64,000 nt of DNA from Mustelus asterias. Taxonomy: Eukaryota. Location: assembly GCF_964213995.1 (NCBI RefSeq), contig NC_135827.1, positions 30,876,001 through 30,940,000 of the forward strand, in the 5' to 3' direction. The notes under the pieces are model-generated. The model saw nothing but the letters and a program-made list of their open reading frames with translations. It made no database searches and was not told where the DNA came from. Positions within the stretch are counted from its first letter, which is position 1. Every line of letters starts with the position of its first letter. Shown here one piece after another: positions 37,320-50,832 of this stretch. Both the position numbers and the translations under genes were made by a program.

Positions 37320-37740
37320 TGTTACATAGTAGTAAAGTGAAAAGTATTGTTTCTTGCACTTGGTTCATAGGGAAGGAGAGTGCAGAATGTAGTGTTACAA
37401 CCATAGCTAGGGTGTAGAGAAAGATCAACGTAGTCTGATGGCAGCAGGAAAGAAGCTGTTCTTGAGTCAGTTGGTATGTGAGATCAGATGTTTATCTTTT
37501 TCCCCAGTGGAAGAGCGTGGGGTCCTTAATTATGCTGGCTGCTTTTCCGAGGCAGCAGGAAGTGTAGACAGTCAATGGATGGGAGGCTGGTTTGAATGAT
37601 AGACTGGGCTACATTCACAACCCTTTATAGTTTCTTGTGGTCATGGGCAGAGCAGGAGGCATACCAAGCTATGTTTTCTATGGTGCATCTGTAGATGAGT
37701 CTCATAGCTGGCATGCCAATTTTCCTTAGTCTTCTGAGAG
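37320..37740 (-). mobile_element. Rex1-type 3' fragment (another at ~53355-53735 on +)
   Basis: reverse complement of the Rex1 3' region at ~14280-14810. Confidence 0.75.
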
Positions 37741-37907
37741 TGCTCAATGTTACAGGGTGAAATTTTACAAGCCCTATCTATGCCTTTAGCACAGTGATAA
37801 ATCTGAACTCATTTGCAAGGTGCCATCCTTTTACTTTCTCTGAAGAACCTGGAATGATTGAACTGACCATCAAATAGCATTCTCAATTCCATTTCAAACA
37901 GAAGGTT

Positions 37908-37913
37908 TTTATT
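37908..37913 (-). terminator. CENATAC: candidate CENATAC polyA signal
   Basis: tttatt on + strand, ~285 nt past the stop. Confidence 0.45.
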
Positions 37914-38195
37914 ACATAGAAATGGGAAAGTCTTGTATTGATAAGATTATGGAATTTTGGTTTGCAATAGTTGAGGCCAGCAGTATATAAACAAATGTAC
38001 GTTAGCGATGAGTACAGATTTACAATTCCTGGTTATTGCATTGGAATGTAAAGCTAGATTAACTATTTACCTAATTTACTACAGTATAAAATATTCTAAC
38101 ATTTTATACAGGGTGAGTATGTAGCTAATAAATATTTAACAAAAATATCAGCCATTTTCCTCTTCCAAAATTCATTTCTTGGAATATTCCTCTGG

Positions 38196-38247
38196 TCATC
38201 TCTTGTCTTGTTTTCTCTTTTTGCCTTCCTCTAACCTGAACTGATGC
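38196..38247 (-). CDS. CENATAC: CENATAC/CCDC84 last exon (11)
   Basis: tatag acceptor; (R)HQFRLEEGKKRKQDKR* (TGA). Confidence 0.9.
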
Positions 38248-38415
38248 CTATAAAATGAAAGAGAAGTCAATTCAAGGAGTTGGATAATGCTTAGCAGAAA
38301 AATAGAGACCAATTAAGTACAAGGAAACAAACCGTAAAAGAATGCAAACCTTGATCAGTGATTGGGTTTGATAAGAATGTGTGGGGAAGGAGTTTATAGA
38401 AGCAAGATCTCTAAC

Positions 38416-38548
38416 CTGGATTGCCACCTCCTGCCATCATTCCACACTCGGCCAAACGAAGGTAACCAGGAGTCGTCTGTTTCTGACGCGTGGTTGAAAT
38501 TTGCACCAACTCTATTTGGAGGAAGTTTCTTCAGTTTCTCTTTCTCCT
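38416..38548 (-). CDS. CENATAC: CENATAC exon 10
   Basis: (K)[43 protein letters not shown](R), hallmark CCDC84 motifs; 133 nt. Confidence 0.96.
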
Positions 38549-39543
38549 CTAAAATTAAAACAAATCTTGTGATTCATTTAATTGTACACCTAAAATGTAA
38601 CTACTTTTAGTTCAGTCCAATATACCACCTCACTGAAATTCATCTAATTTACTTGGCCTATTTCGAGCATTGTCTATAATGCGGACATAAGCTGCATATT
38701 AATGTATGCTGTAACCAGAAACATTCTTAAACAACATGCTACTTAAGAGCACAGTTATGCTAAAAGGACTGCGGCTCTAAGGGCAATTAGCAACAAATAT
38801 TGGCCTTGCCAGTGAAGACTATGCTCTGTGATTAATGACAAAAAATTGGAATGGTGCACACATTGGACACCCATTATAAAACTTTGAAACTAACAAAAAA
38901 ATAGATTGGGGATTCACAATTCAGAGTCACAAGTTGGTGTTTTTGGCCAAAAAAGCAGAGAAGTCCAAGAGGTGATCTTAAGATGTTCAAAGTTTAAGGG
39001 TTGTAAGTAGATTGTTTCCTTTGGGCAGCAAGACAAATTTAAGACTAGAAATTAATGGGTAGCTTAAAATGTTTTTAATGGTTACAATATGCCGCATTGT
39101 CATAAACAAGATTATTACAGGGACTTTATGGTTGAAATTGGTGCCATATACACCTGGACTGTCCAGTAAATCAGATTGAAATCTTTTGTTACAGCTGCTA
39201 TTTAATGTGTAATTTAGGTTTGTTGATTTTCATTTGATAAAGTTACAAAAGTGAAATCTTAACCATTAGTTTTCTCATTGGGATCATTCAGTAAATTCAG
39301 TTAGTCTCCACAGGGATCATAAAACTTCCTTTAACCCATCTCTTTGACCAATGTTTTTGACCTAAAATTTCCTCATGTGGCTTTGTCAAATTTTGTTTAA
39401 TACTATACCAGTGAATCATCTTGGGAACACTATATACCATGTGTGCTTATATAAATGTAAATTGTTGTTCTCTGTACAGTAACAATTCCATGACATCTCA
39501 ATCCATTCTAATCAAGTGGCCATCCAGAATATTAGACACGTAC

Positions 39544-39633
39544 TGTGTTGGATAAACTCCTCGTAAGATGGCCCTATTGGCTTTGGTGTAGTGTCTGGAT
39601 CTTCCTCATCGATAAGCCAGGGTGGAGTAGCAC
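39544..39633 (-). CDS. CENATAC: CENATAC exon 9
   Basis: (G)ATPPWLIDEEDPDTTPKPIGPSYEEFIQH; 90 nt, AG/GT flanks. Confidence 0.95.
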
Positions 39634-40116
39634 CTGAGGTCGGATGTAAAGATTAATCAGCTGGAGACAAAGGTACAATCACTAGAGCATGATCTTGTTC
39701 AGAATAGGTTTTTCTTTTGGTTTGAAAGGCTGAGAAAAATGAAAATGGCAACACGTAACATGGAAAAGCAGCATCTTTTACTGTACAGAAGAATCTGGTC
39801 TAATTTATTTCAGAAAGTTCAAATAGGCTTGCAATTTGAGATTTTGCAGAATAAAGTGAAGATGCAGATTTCCACCAAGATTTACCCCCCTTGATCCTGA
39901 AAATTCTTGAGTAAAATGAATTAGTGTTAAATAGAAGAATTTAAATGAAAAATACAGTTCAGCTGGAAGGGTAATTGAGAACATTTATGATATACAGTGC
40001 AAAGATCCAGATGATGAGTTATCCTCTTTTTTCTCAATTTGTTGAAGGCCAGGAGAATACTGCTGCTCTTGGATGAGAAACGTGGGAGTACCTTTGGCAA
40101 GTAATTCAAAAGGTGA

Positions 40117-40346
40117 AACCAAAAGAGAAAATGCTGGAAAATCTCAGCAGGTCCGGCAGCATCTAAGGAGAGAAAAGAGTGGATGTTGAGAGTCCAGGTG
40201 ACCCTTTGACAAAGCTGTCTGAGGGTCATTTGGACTCGAAACGTCAGCTCTTTTCTCTCCTTACAGATGCTGCCAGACCTGCTGAGATTTTCCAGCATTT
40301 TCTCGGTTTCAGATTCCAGCATCCACAGTAATTTGCTTTTATTTAG
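40117..40346. mobile_element. Penelope foldback element, family B
   Basis: inverted arms matching the 3' end of the 7190-8415 element; TSD ttcaaaaggtga at 40105-40116 and 40347-40358. Confidence 0.85.
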
Positions 40347-40813
40347 TTCAAAAGGTGACTCGCTATTGCCTTCTCACTGGCAACCAGGAATAGGCACCAG
40401 CTTTGCTAGTGACTCCCAGGACATGAGGGAGAAACCAGTTTGATGAAATATAAAAATGGTCTATACATGGGTTGGGTCATATATTTTACACCCATGGCTT
40501 CCAGACCCTCAAATGGAGATTAAGGTGAAATTTAGTCACCATATTTTACAGTACAATAAATGTAGGTGGCTAATAATGCATCTCACTGTACATCTGCATG
40601 TTAATCAGCAGCATTCACTCGTGATATTCAAGTCACTACACCAGTATAAACTGGTTTATATTCATTTAGTGAAAATTACAAGGAAGATGTTTGTTTACCG
40701 ATCACAGCATCATCCAAATATATAACACTTACATACTCAGCTTTCCCCAAACCCCACTTCAAAATGAGTCATTACATTACACACTGAAAACCCGCACAAA
40801 TTGACATCTTCAC

Positions 40814-40853
40814 CTGTGTGAACATTCCTGGCTTCTGGTTTGGATATCTGTAA
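40814..40853 (-). CDS. CENATAC: CENATAC exon 8 (alternative in-frame acceptor would start at 40847)
   Basis: ttttcctacag|ttacag tandem acceptors; (LQ)ISKPEARNVHT(G), like the conserved GNIHSG motif; gtgaa donor. Confidence 0.85.
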
Positions 40854-41032
40854 CTGTAGGAAAAGTTAAGACATTAATTGCAAATCCTAGCAGACCAAAT
40901 CTAAATTTAAAAGTGCACATTTTTTAAAAAAACATGGAATATTCCGGTAAATACAAGGGTCAGCTACATCATGTTTACTTAAAACAGTAGTCATGACACT
41001 CCAACAAATATTATGTAGTGTCTTAGCCAATA

Positions 41033-41302
41033 TCAGAATTCCGACATTGCAGGAGGCCCATTGAGTCTGCACTGACAACAATCCCACCCAGGCTCTATCC
41101 CGCTCATCCCTTGAACCTATGCATCCTGAGACACTAAGGCGCAATTTAGCATAGCCAATCAACCTAACCCGCATATCTTTGGACTGTGGGAGGAAACCTA
41201 CGCTGACATGGGGAGAATGTGCAAAATGCAGAGTCACCCAAGCCGAGAATCAAACCCAGGTCCCTGGAGCTGAGGCAGCACTGCTAACCATTGTGCCACC
41301 CC
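41033..41302 (-). mobile_element. HE1/V-SINE, tail i
   Basis: reverse complement of SINE consensus. Confidence 0.75.
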
Positions 41303-41309
41303 AATATCA

Positions 41310-42945
41310 TAGAAACATACAAAACTACAGCACAAAACAGGCCCTTCGGCCCCACAAGTTGTGCGGAACATATCCCTACCTTTTAGACCTACCTATAACC
41401 CTCCATCCTATTAAGTCCGATGTACTCATCCAGGAGTCTCTTAAAAGACCCTATTGAGTTTGCCTCCACCACCACTGACAGCAGCCGATTCCACTCGCCC
41501 ACCACCCTCTGTGAAAAACTTCCCCCTAACATTTCCCCAGCACCTTAAACCTGTGTCCTCTCGTAGCAGCCATTTCCACCCTGGGAAAAAGCCTCAGAGT
41601 CCACCCGATCTATGCCTCTCAACATCTTATATACCTCTATTAGGTCTCCTCTCATCCAACGTCTCTCCAAGGAGAAAAGACCGAGCTCCCTCAGCCTATC
41701 CTCATAAGGCATGCCACTCAATCCAGGCAACATCCTTGTAAATCGCCTCTGCACCCTTTCAATCTTTTCCACATCCTTCCTGTAATGAGGCGACCAGAAC
41801 TGAGCACAGTACTCCAAGTGGGGTCTGACGAGGGTCTTACATAGCTGCATCATTATCCCCGGACTCCTAAACTCAATCCCTCGATTGATAAAGGCCAGCA
41901 CACCATACGCTTTCTTAACCACCTCCTCCACTTGCGGGGCCGATTTTAGAGTCCTATGGACCTGGACCCCAAGGTCTTCTGATCCTCTACAGTACTAAGA
42001 GTCTTTCCCTTTATATTGTACTCCTTCATCCCATTTGACCTGCCAAAATGGACCACGACGCATTTATCTGGGTTGAAGTCCATCGGCCACTTCTCCGCCC
42101 AGTCTTGCATCCTATCTATGTCCCTCTGTAACTTCTGACATCCCTCCAGACTATCCACAACCCCACCAACCTTCGTGTCGTCGGCAAACTTACCAACCCA
42201 TCCCTCCACTTCCTCATCCAGGTCATTTATGAAAATGACAAACAGCAAGGGTCCCAGAACAGATCCCTGGGGCACACCACTGGTGACTGAACTCCATTTA
42301 GAAAAAGACCCATCTATACACACTCTCTGCCTCCTTTGGGCAAGCCAGTTCTGGATCCACAGGGCAGCAGCCCCTTGGATCCCATGCCCTCTCACTTTTT
42401 CTAGAAGCCTTGCATGGGGGACCTTATCGAACGCCTTGCTAAAATCCATATAAACCACATCTACCACTTTCCCTTCGTCAATGTGTTTAGTCACATTTTT
42501 GAAGAACTCCACCAGGCTCGTAAGGCACGATCTGCCTTTGACAAAGCCATGCTGAGTATTCTTGAGCATACTAAACCTCTCTAAATGCTCATAAATCTTG
42601 TCCCTCAGGATCTTCTCCATCAGCTTACCAACCACTGAGGTTAGACTCACCGGTCGGTAATTTCCTGGGCTATTCCTATTCCCCTTCTTGAAAATAGGAA
42701 CCACATCCGCAATCCTTCAATCCTCCGGCACCTCTCCCGTCTCCATCGACGACGCAAAGGTCATCGCCAGAGGCTCTGCAATCTCTTCCCTCGTCTCCCA
42801 CAGTAACCTGGGGTACATCCCATCCGGACCCAGCGACTTATCTATCTTGATGCCATTCAAAGATTCCAGCACAACCTCTTTGTTAAAGTCCACATACTCA
42901 ATCTTTTCAGTCCACCGCAAGCCCTCAGTACAGCCACCCATGTTC
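41310..42945 (-). mobile_element. 5'-truncated CR1 with RT domain
   Basis: NYRPVSLTS, DFSKAFD, GVPQGSVLGP, FADD in ORFs 41946-42704 and 41545-41931. Confidence 0.93.
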
Positions 42946-42959
42946 TTCTCCACTGAAAA

Positions 42960-43185
42960 AAATGGTTAAGTCACCAGATGACCATTGGCTGCTCTCCCCT
43001 TTTAGCGGGGGAGAACTGACTGGTGGTGATTTTAACCTGAGAGTCACCCACATCTTCGGCGAGGTGTAAGGCTGAGAAGGCAGGGCCTCCATGAATAACA
43101 GCTGGTATGGGAATTGAACCCACATTATCGGTGTCCCTCCACATCACTCACCAGCTGTCCAGGAAACTGAGCTAAGCAACTCCCC
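42960..43185 (-). mobile_element. short tRNA-headed SINE of another family
   Basis: minus-strand tagctcagt A box and gggttcaattcc B box; T-rich end. Confidence 0.55.
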
Positions 43186-43584
43186 AAGATAGTCTATCAA
43201 AACCACAACCACTATATAAATCCAACTGTATTGCTCAGATTTAAATCACATTATACATGCATTTATTTGTTAAGTCACAGTTCTTAAAATCTACAAGTCT
43301 CTTCTAAAGTGCACTGCTGACATTAAGTTTATTCTCAGAGATCAAACCTGTAGCATTTTCTCCAAAAGCTTTTTAAACATCCAGATAGTTGATATGTGGA
43401 GCATATCCAATTTCAGCACAAACAATGTAGGTTGGATTTACACACTGACTTTAGTTTAAAACGACCTTACTGTTGCTGTATGGGTATATTTAGAGTGAGA
43501 GTATGATGTTACAACAGGCCAGGTCCAAGTCCTTTCCTGCAAGAAACCGCATTGAAATGCCGCAAGGCTTCAGAAAGTAAGTCT

Positions 43585-43882
43585 AAGTCTATTTATTAAT
43601 GTCACAAGTAGGCTTACATTCACACTGCAATGAAGTTACTGTGAAAATCCCCTAGTCGCCACACTCCGGCGCCTGTTCGGGTACGCTGAGGGAGAATTTA
43701 GCATGGCCAATGCACCTAACCAGCCCGTCTTTTGGAACGTGGGAGGAAACCGGAGCACCCGGAGGAAACCCACGCAGACACGGGGAGAGCGTGCAGATTC
43801 CACACAGACAGTGACCCAAGTCGCGAATGGAACCCGCGTCCCTGGCGCTGTGAGGCAGCAGTGCTAACCACTGTGCCACCCT
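43585..43882 (-). mobile_element. HE1/V-SINE, tail ii (similar minus copies ~20215-20405, ~48260-48550, ~49460-49750)
   Basis: reverse complement of SINE consensus. Confidence 0.85.
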
Positions 43883-44099
43883 CAGCAGAAGTAGAAGGAA
43901 GTTGGAAGAGCCAGTGCAAATTCTCTCCCCAAAACTGCTGTAAAATCAAGAGTTCACTGCAATACAAAGGATTGGAGGGTCATCAGCATTGCACATCAAA
44001 CTTTCTTTCCATTTTAATGGATTTTGCTGCAGCATCTAATACTGCACCCAAACACACTGACGCTTCACAGAAGTACCTCATTATATATTCACACATCAC

Positions 44100-44193
44100 C
44101 TGGTCACCAACGAAAGTCAAGGTTTCTCCATTTGGCACATCACTTGAAGGATGAAAATGTACTCCACTCGGTCCAGGTTCCGTCTCTTCAGCA
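44100..44193 (-). CDS. CENATAC: CENATAC exon 7
   Basis: tacag acceptor; (S)AEETEPGPSGVHFHPSSDVPNGETLTFVGDQ, ending like human LTFIGHQ; phases fit neighbouring exons. Confidence 0.85.
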
Positions 44194-44442
44194 CTGTAGG
44201 TACCAACACCATGAATTGCAGAGAAACAACAGAATAATACGAATAGTTCTTTTTGTAAAGAAAAGCACGTTCTCTCCACCATCCCCTTAAACAAACAAGT
44301 ACCTGGATGAATTTTCATTGAAATTATGAATCCAAATCACTACTCCGGACCATGGTTGACCATCGCTGGTAGCATGCAACATAACAGGGCTCTGCAGCCC
44401 AAGCAACAGCAGGCTGAATACTCTTGGCAATTCTAACAGATA

Positions 44443-45175
44443 TGGTAGGGCATTGGGGAGAGTTATAGAACAAAGAGATCTAGGGGTACACGTTCATAGC
44501 TCCTTGAAAGTGGAGTCACAGGTGGACAGAGTGGTGAAGAAGGTATTCGGCATGCTTGGTTTCATCGGTCAGAACATTGAATACAGGAGTTGGAATGTCT
44601 TGTTGAAGTTGTACAAGACATTGGTAAGGCCACACTTGGCAATTCTGGTCACCCTATTATAGAAAGGATATTATTAAACTAGAAAGAGTGCAGAAAATAT
44701 TTACTAGGATGCTACTGGGACTTGATGGTTTGAGTTATAAGGAGAGGCTGGATAGACTGGGACTTTTTTCTTTGGAGCATAGGAGGCCGAGGGGTGATCT
44801 TATAGAGGTCTATAAAATAATGAGGGGCACAGATCAGCTAGATAGTCAATATCTTTTCCCAAAGGTAGGGGAGTCTAAAACTAGAGGGCATAGGTTTACG
44901 GTGAGAGGGGAGAGATACAAAAGTGTCCAGGAGGGGCAATTTTTCACACAGAGGGTGGTGAGTGTCTGGAATAAGCTGCCAGAGGTAGTAGTAGAGACGG
45001 GTACAATTTTGTCTTTTGAAAAGCATTTGGATAGTACATGGGTAAGATGGGTATAGAGGGATATGGGCCAAATGCAGGCAATTGGGATTAACTTAGGGGT
45101 TTAAAAAAACATGGTAGCATGGACAAGTTGGGCCGAAGGGCCTGTTTCCATGCTGTAAACCTCTATGACTCTATA
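44443..45175 (+). mobile_element. CR1 3' fragment
   Basis: [27 protein letters not shown], ctctatgactcta tail. Confidence 0.88.
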
Positions 45176-45184
45176 TAAATACTG

Positions 45185-45405
45185 GCCAAGAGAGAAAACG
45201 CTGGAAAATCTCAGTAGGTCTGACAGCATCTGTAAGGAGAGAAAAGAGCTGACGTTTCGAGTCCAGGCGACCCTTGGTCACTTTGAGAAAGGGTCATCTG
45301 GACTCTAAACGTCAGCTCTTTTCTCTCCTTACGGATGCTGCCAGACCTACTGAGATTTTCCAGCCTTTTCTCTTTTGGTTTCAGATTTCAGCAGTAATTT
45401 GCTTT
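45185..45405. mobile_element. Penelope foldback element, family B
   Basis: inverted arms; TSD tataaatactg at 45174-45184 and 45406-45416. Confidence 0.85.
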
Positions 45406-46714
45406 TATAAATACTGTGTACCTATATCCTCACTCTACCAGACACATTCAACATTAAAATTGAAAACTTAAAGGCAAATCAACATTTTTACTTTCACTCC
45501 TCCTCCTCAACCCTTTGGGATTCATGGAGTTACCCACACGTTCACAATGCGTCTTCCTGTCAGCAGCTCTACGCTAGAATAAGAAAAGCATCCAAGCAAC
45601 TGCTGGTGTCAGAAACATCCCCCTTTCCAGCACAGTTACATCTCCCTCTGCGACAGGTTTTATTTGCACCGACAATGGCAAATTGTCTTTGTACCAATAA
45701 CTCCCAAGTAGGGAGGGAGGTTTGACATGGTCAGGAAGAAACGAGGTGAGAAACTGGGTCTTGACCACAGGGGATGGGAGTCAGGATCATTCTGGTGGTT
45801 AATTTGGGATAGGCAATGGCAGAGGTGAGGAGCAGAGGCACAGCAGTCCTCGGAGTTGCTGAATGGGGTGTGGCTGTTGGTTGGCCAGAATAACACAGCA
45901 AGTGTATTTTACATTAATTCCTTTCAATTGTGCCCACGTGCATCATGGTTGAGTATTTAATAACACCAAGAAATAGCAGAAGTTGTGTCTGCTGAATAAC
46001 TGGTGCTCAGGGATAGCTCTAGTTGTGTACCACTCTCCCCTGTTTTAACAGTTCTACCATTCCTGGGGAGAAACAATTTCAGCCATTAAGTAAAACATGA
46101 AGGGAATCTATGGAAAAGTGGGTTACCAATGTCTCTGCCTTTCCCGAGACTGGCCCTTTTGACTGGATTGTCAGTGACTCTATTTGTTTAAAATAAAACC
46201 CTATCTAAAATAAAATAAAACCCTATCTGTGGAATTCCCTGCCCAGTGAAGCAGTTGAGGCTACCTCATTGAATGTTTTTAAGGCAAGGATAGATACATT
46301 TTTGAACAGTAAAGGAATTAAGGGTTATGGTGAGCGGGCGGGTAAGTGGAGCTGAGTCCACAAAAAGATCAGCCATGATCTTATTGAATGGCGGAGCAGG
46401 CTCGAGGGGCCAGATGGCCTACTCCTGCTCCTAGTTTTTGTGTGAACACAAACAAAATAAATCACATCCAATGAGGTTGGGGGTTAACGCTGGATCAAAA
46501 TGCATTACATTTTTCTGCTGTGGGCAAGACATACGAGTCATTTTTCTCCCCAGCATTACACCACCTGATATCAACTGCGAATAATGGGGGAGGGGGAAGG
46601 AAGAAACTTCAAGGATAATTCCAAAATTTGGAGGGAGGGAAGGGGGAAAAAAATTCACAATAGAAATAAATATGGCAGCAGGAGGATGGGAGAATGGAAG
46701 AATGGGAGAAAGCT

Positions 46715-47100
46715 CATGCTACCAAATAAACCTGTTGGACTTTAGCCTGGTGTTGTGAGATTACTTACTGTGCCTACCCCAGTCCATCGCCGGCAACTCC
46801 ACATTACAGTGCGGAAGGAGGCCATTCAACCCATCAAGTCTGCACTGATCACAATCCCACCCAAGCCCTATCCCCGTAACCTCATATTTACCCTTGCTAG
46901 TCCCCCTGACACTAAGGGGCAATTTAGCATAACCAATCAACCTAACCTGCACATCTTTGGAGTGTGGGAGGAAACCGGAGCACCCGGAGGAAACACACGC
47001 AGACACGGGAAGAACCTGCGAATTCTACGCCCGAGGACGAAATTGAACCCGGGTCCCTGGCGCTGTGAGGCAACAGTGCTAACCACTGTGCCACCGTGCA
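46715..47100. mobile_element. single arm + tail of family A Penelope element (~46715-46803) abutting an HE1 SINE (minus, ~46803-47100)
   Basis: ccaaataaacctgttggacttt...ccagtccatcgccggcaactccacat. Confidence 0.7.
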
Positions 47101-47673
47101 GTCCATAACTAGAACACATCTAGCTTCTGGCTTCACAACTGTACACACCAGTGGGACAGAGAAGTACACGCAACCTACATGTGTGCTGCTACGTGCCGAC
47201 TTTCCAACATGGAGTAGCACCATGGGGGTTGATAACTTTCAATATCGGCCTTTTTAAGACTCACCCCAACAAGATGATGTTCAGGTAACTGTGACATATC
47301 ATAGAGCACAGGTAGCACTTGCAAATACTAAGGAGCATGTTCTCCAGGAACTAGATATGGGGATATTCTGGAATGTTGGACGAACTGTTGGAATTACAGC
47401 AATGCCTCTCGATTTACACAATTCTTCCTGGAGTATGATTCCATCAGAGCCAGCCGCCTTTCAGTATCACGTCAACCAATACCTGGTCCAGCTTCATGTG
47501 CGAGCTTCGTTCAAGGAACGTTCAAGTGTGGATCAGAAGTGCCTGATCCTACCCTCACACAACATTCACATCTATGCAATTTCCAATACAGATTAAAGGT
47601 GTCACAAGGATGGACTGCTGTGACAATGATAATATTTAATCATTTCAGCAAAATAAAAACACTTTTCTCTTAC

Positions 47674-47735
47674 CTCTCGTCGTGGTCGACTGCAAACACT
47701 GGGAATCCATCAACAGAATTCTGCTCTGCCTGTGG
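47674..47735 (-). CDS. CENATAC: CENATAC exon 6
   Basis: accag acceptor, gtaag donor; PQAEQNSVDGFPVFAVDHDE(S); starts PQA like human; phase 0 in, phase 2 out. Confidence 0.8.
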
Positions 47736-48972
47736 CTGGTTTTCATTCAGGAAAAATCAACACTTTTTTTTCTTAAAGTTTAAAATACAGCATCAGCAGT
47801 AACTATTGCAACAGAAATAAATAAGCAGCCAATGGTCATCTGTAAAAGGCATTGTAGCAAAGCTGTGCAGGTGCCAGATGTTCAACTCCAAGGGTCTTGG
47901 TGAATAGGATATAATCCAGAAGTCATTCTACTTGGCTTTACAAGTGCTCCCCTCTGCGATATTTGGGTAACAGACTTCCAGCTATAAACTCTCACCCTCT
48001 TCACCTACATTGGTAAGATCTCAGGGCTGGGTACAGAAGTCACATTGTTCTAATGCTGTTTGAAGCATTGTTAATGCTTTCCTCACTTAAGCAACACGAA
48101 TGCAGAGGGTGTCCTCCACTTTATAATGGGCTACTGCAGACAGAGGCAGCCTCACCTGGCTTGAACCAGATTGGCCACATGGAATGCCCAAAATACAAAT
48201 CCACAACCCCATCCCCCTAACCCTGAGAGGATGGGCTGTGAGGAAACCATGAGAAATAGTTAAAGTTTATTAGTCACAAGTAAGGCTTATACTGCAATGA
48301 AGTTACTGTGAAAATCCCCTAGTCGCCACACTCTGGCGCCTGTTCGGGTACACGGAGGGAGAATTTAGCATGGCCAATGCACCCTAACCAGCACATCTTT
48401 CAGACTGTGGGAGGAAACCGGAGCACCCGGAGGAAACCCACCCAGACACAGGGAGAACATGCAGACTCCGCACAGACAGTGACCCAAGCCGGGAATCGAA
48501 CCCGGATCCCTGGTGCTGTGAGGCAGCAGCGCTAACCACCGTGCCGCCCTCATGGGCTGTAGACAGAGGCAACCTCGCGTGGCTTGAACCAGATGACAAC
48601 ATGAAATGCCCGAAATCCACAACCCCATTCCCCCTAACCCTGAGAGGATGGGCTGTGAGGAACAGTGAGAAATAGCAAAGGAAATACACTAAAAGGAAAT
48701 CAAATGTTTCAACTTCCAAACATACCCCTTCCCTGGTCGCATATTAAAAAAAGGAGACTAGCATTAAATTTGCTAGTCTAGCAAATATTTAAATGAATAG
48801 AATAATACATTATAACCAAGTAAATAACGTTTGCTTTGTGGAACTACTGTATTGCAACGGATTATTTACTATGCCCATTTTCTTTATAACATCTAAAACA
48901 AAGAATTGGTTTTCTATTATTCTCAACAGGGAAAGAGAAAAAAAAATGCAGCGATTGGAGAGTCTGTACATA

Positions 48973-49314
48973 CAGTCAGGTATCCTTTATCCAAAATCTT
49001 CGGGGTCAATTGCATTTCAGATCATTTTGTTTTTGGGTGCAACATATAAATTTACATTACAATAGCTGAAACCTAGGCTAGCTATTGTCGAAAGTAAATC
49101 AAACGACTGGAAAAGTGAGATACATTATTGAATAAGCAGCAGGGTACCTACAGGGCGGCATGGTACCTGTAATAGGTTTCTTTTTAACATATTCATCACA
49201 AAAATCACAAGGTAAACAGTGCAGACAGACAAACTAGACTTCCTACGCTAGAGGTCGATACATTTTTGGATGTGTTCAGTTTTTGGATTTACGGATAAAA
49301 GGATACTCAACTTG
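48973..49314. mobile_element. Tigger/pogo-type MITE resembling MER46/Tigger4 ends
   Basis: TA-flanked imperfect TIRs cagtcaggtatcctttatcc ... ggataaaaggatactcaacttg. Confidence 0.7.
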
Positions 49315-50832
49315 TATTAAAATTTAATTCATAGATTAAGAACATCCTCACTTCCTCTTCCTTTATGGCACAGAATCATTTCTGGGTACAATCAGACAAA
49401 GATGTTCAACTCTCTTAAAATGCACAGATAGAAAACTCAAAACATGCCCAACCTGACTAAGTTTAAGTTTATTTATTCATCTCACAAGTCGGCTTGCATT
49501 AACACTGCAATGAAGTTACTGTGAAAATCCCCTAGTCGCCACATTCCGGCGCCTGTTCGGGTACACCGAGGGAGAATTTAGCATGGCCAATGCACCTAAC
49601 CAGCAGGTCTTTCGATCTGTGGGAGGAAACTGGAATGCCCGGAGGAAACCCATGCAGACACGGGGAGAACTCCACACAGACAGCGACCCAAGCCAGGAAT
49701 CGAACCTGGGTCCCTGGCGCTGTGTTAACCAGTGTGTCACCATGCCACTCACAGTTTAAGAGCAAGTTTCGCATTGTAATTAAGGATATTGCATTCATAA
49801 TCAGTTCTTCTAGTTTTTACTCAGCATCACCTTTATTGCCCCAAAAACATTAAATCTCACCAGCGGCACCCACATTTTGCCTTTGAACATATAGCTGATG
49901 TCTGGGACTAACTAGTTTGGAGGAAAGCATTTATTTCTCTTTAGAGGTTTTTTAAAAACTTTGATTGTGGGGGGTGATCATTTCTGGGGTTGAACCACAG
50001 GGTGAGGCCATTCAGCCCATTGAATTGAAGCCATCACTTGAATCCCATTTTTCTGCAAACTTTTACAGAATGGAGAAAAATGAGTTGTGACGATATCCTC
50101 CACTCAACACAGGAGAAGCAAAAGGTACAAATCAGATGAAGAGTATGATCAGAAGGAGGGAATGTTCATACATTAGCAGAACCACACTCAGGGACATTAC
50201 TGTAAATAACTGTTCTACATTTTAAAATAACTCCACTCTGTGAATTAAAGCAATTGCTTTAGATGGGAGAATTCTTGGTTTATTCGTATGAATAAAGTGA
50301 AAAACACAACATTCCTTTCCTTTCCTCTCTGTAGGCTCCAGTTCTGGCTGGGGGTGTCCGAGGGGTGGTGGGGATATAGGGTCGTTGCTACCCCATCGAG
50401 GTAGCCAAGTTCTGCAAGTCTTGACAGGCAATGTTGGCAAATTAACTGAAGTCAAGTGAAGGCCAATCCTAGCTTTGCACAATATCTGCACAGACACTTT
50501 TGGGATGACAGGGGAAGCATCAGAGTGGAAAGGGAATGAATTCTGGATTGCAATTGACGTAAAGAATCCTAGTTTTCGGACTTTCCATTCCAACATCCGT
50601 TCACTCAAGGCCAACTGTAGCCACCCACATGTTGCTCTCACTGAGATCAGCTAAAGCAGATCAGGAACCCAAAAATCTGGGACCTTCTTGTGGCCTCATG
50701 TACTGCCTTAACCAGCACTTTAAGGAAACCTCATTTAAATCTTTCAGAATCATTGTGCAATACATAGACCAGTTGGTGTAAAGTACAACAGTTGCCATGG
50801 ATACTGTTCAGGCTCATCCAGGTAAAACCAAC

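Noticed and set aside
50310-50350. PQPELEPTER as CENATAC exon 6
   Set aside because: No usable donor; 47674-47735 has proper splice sites and phase.
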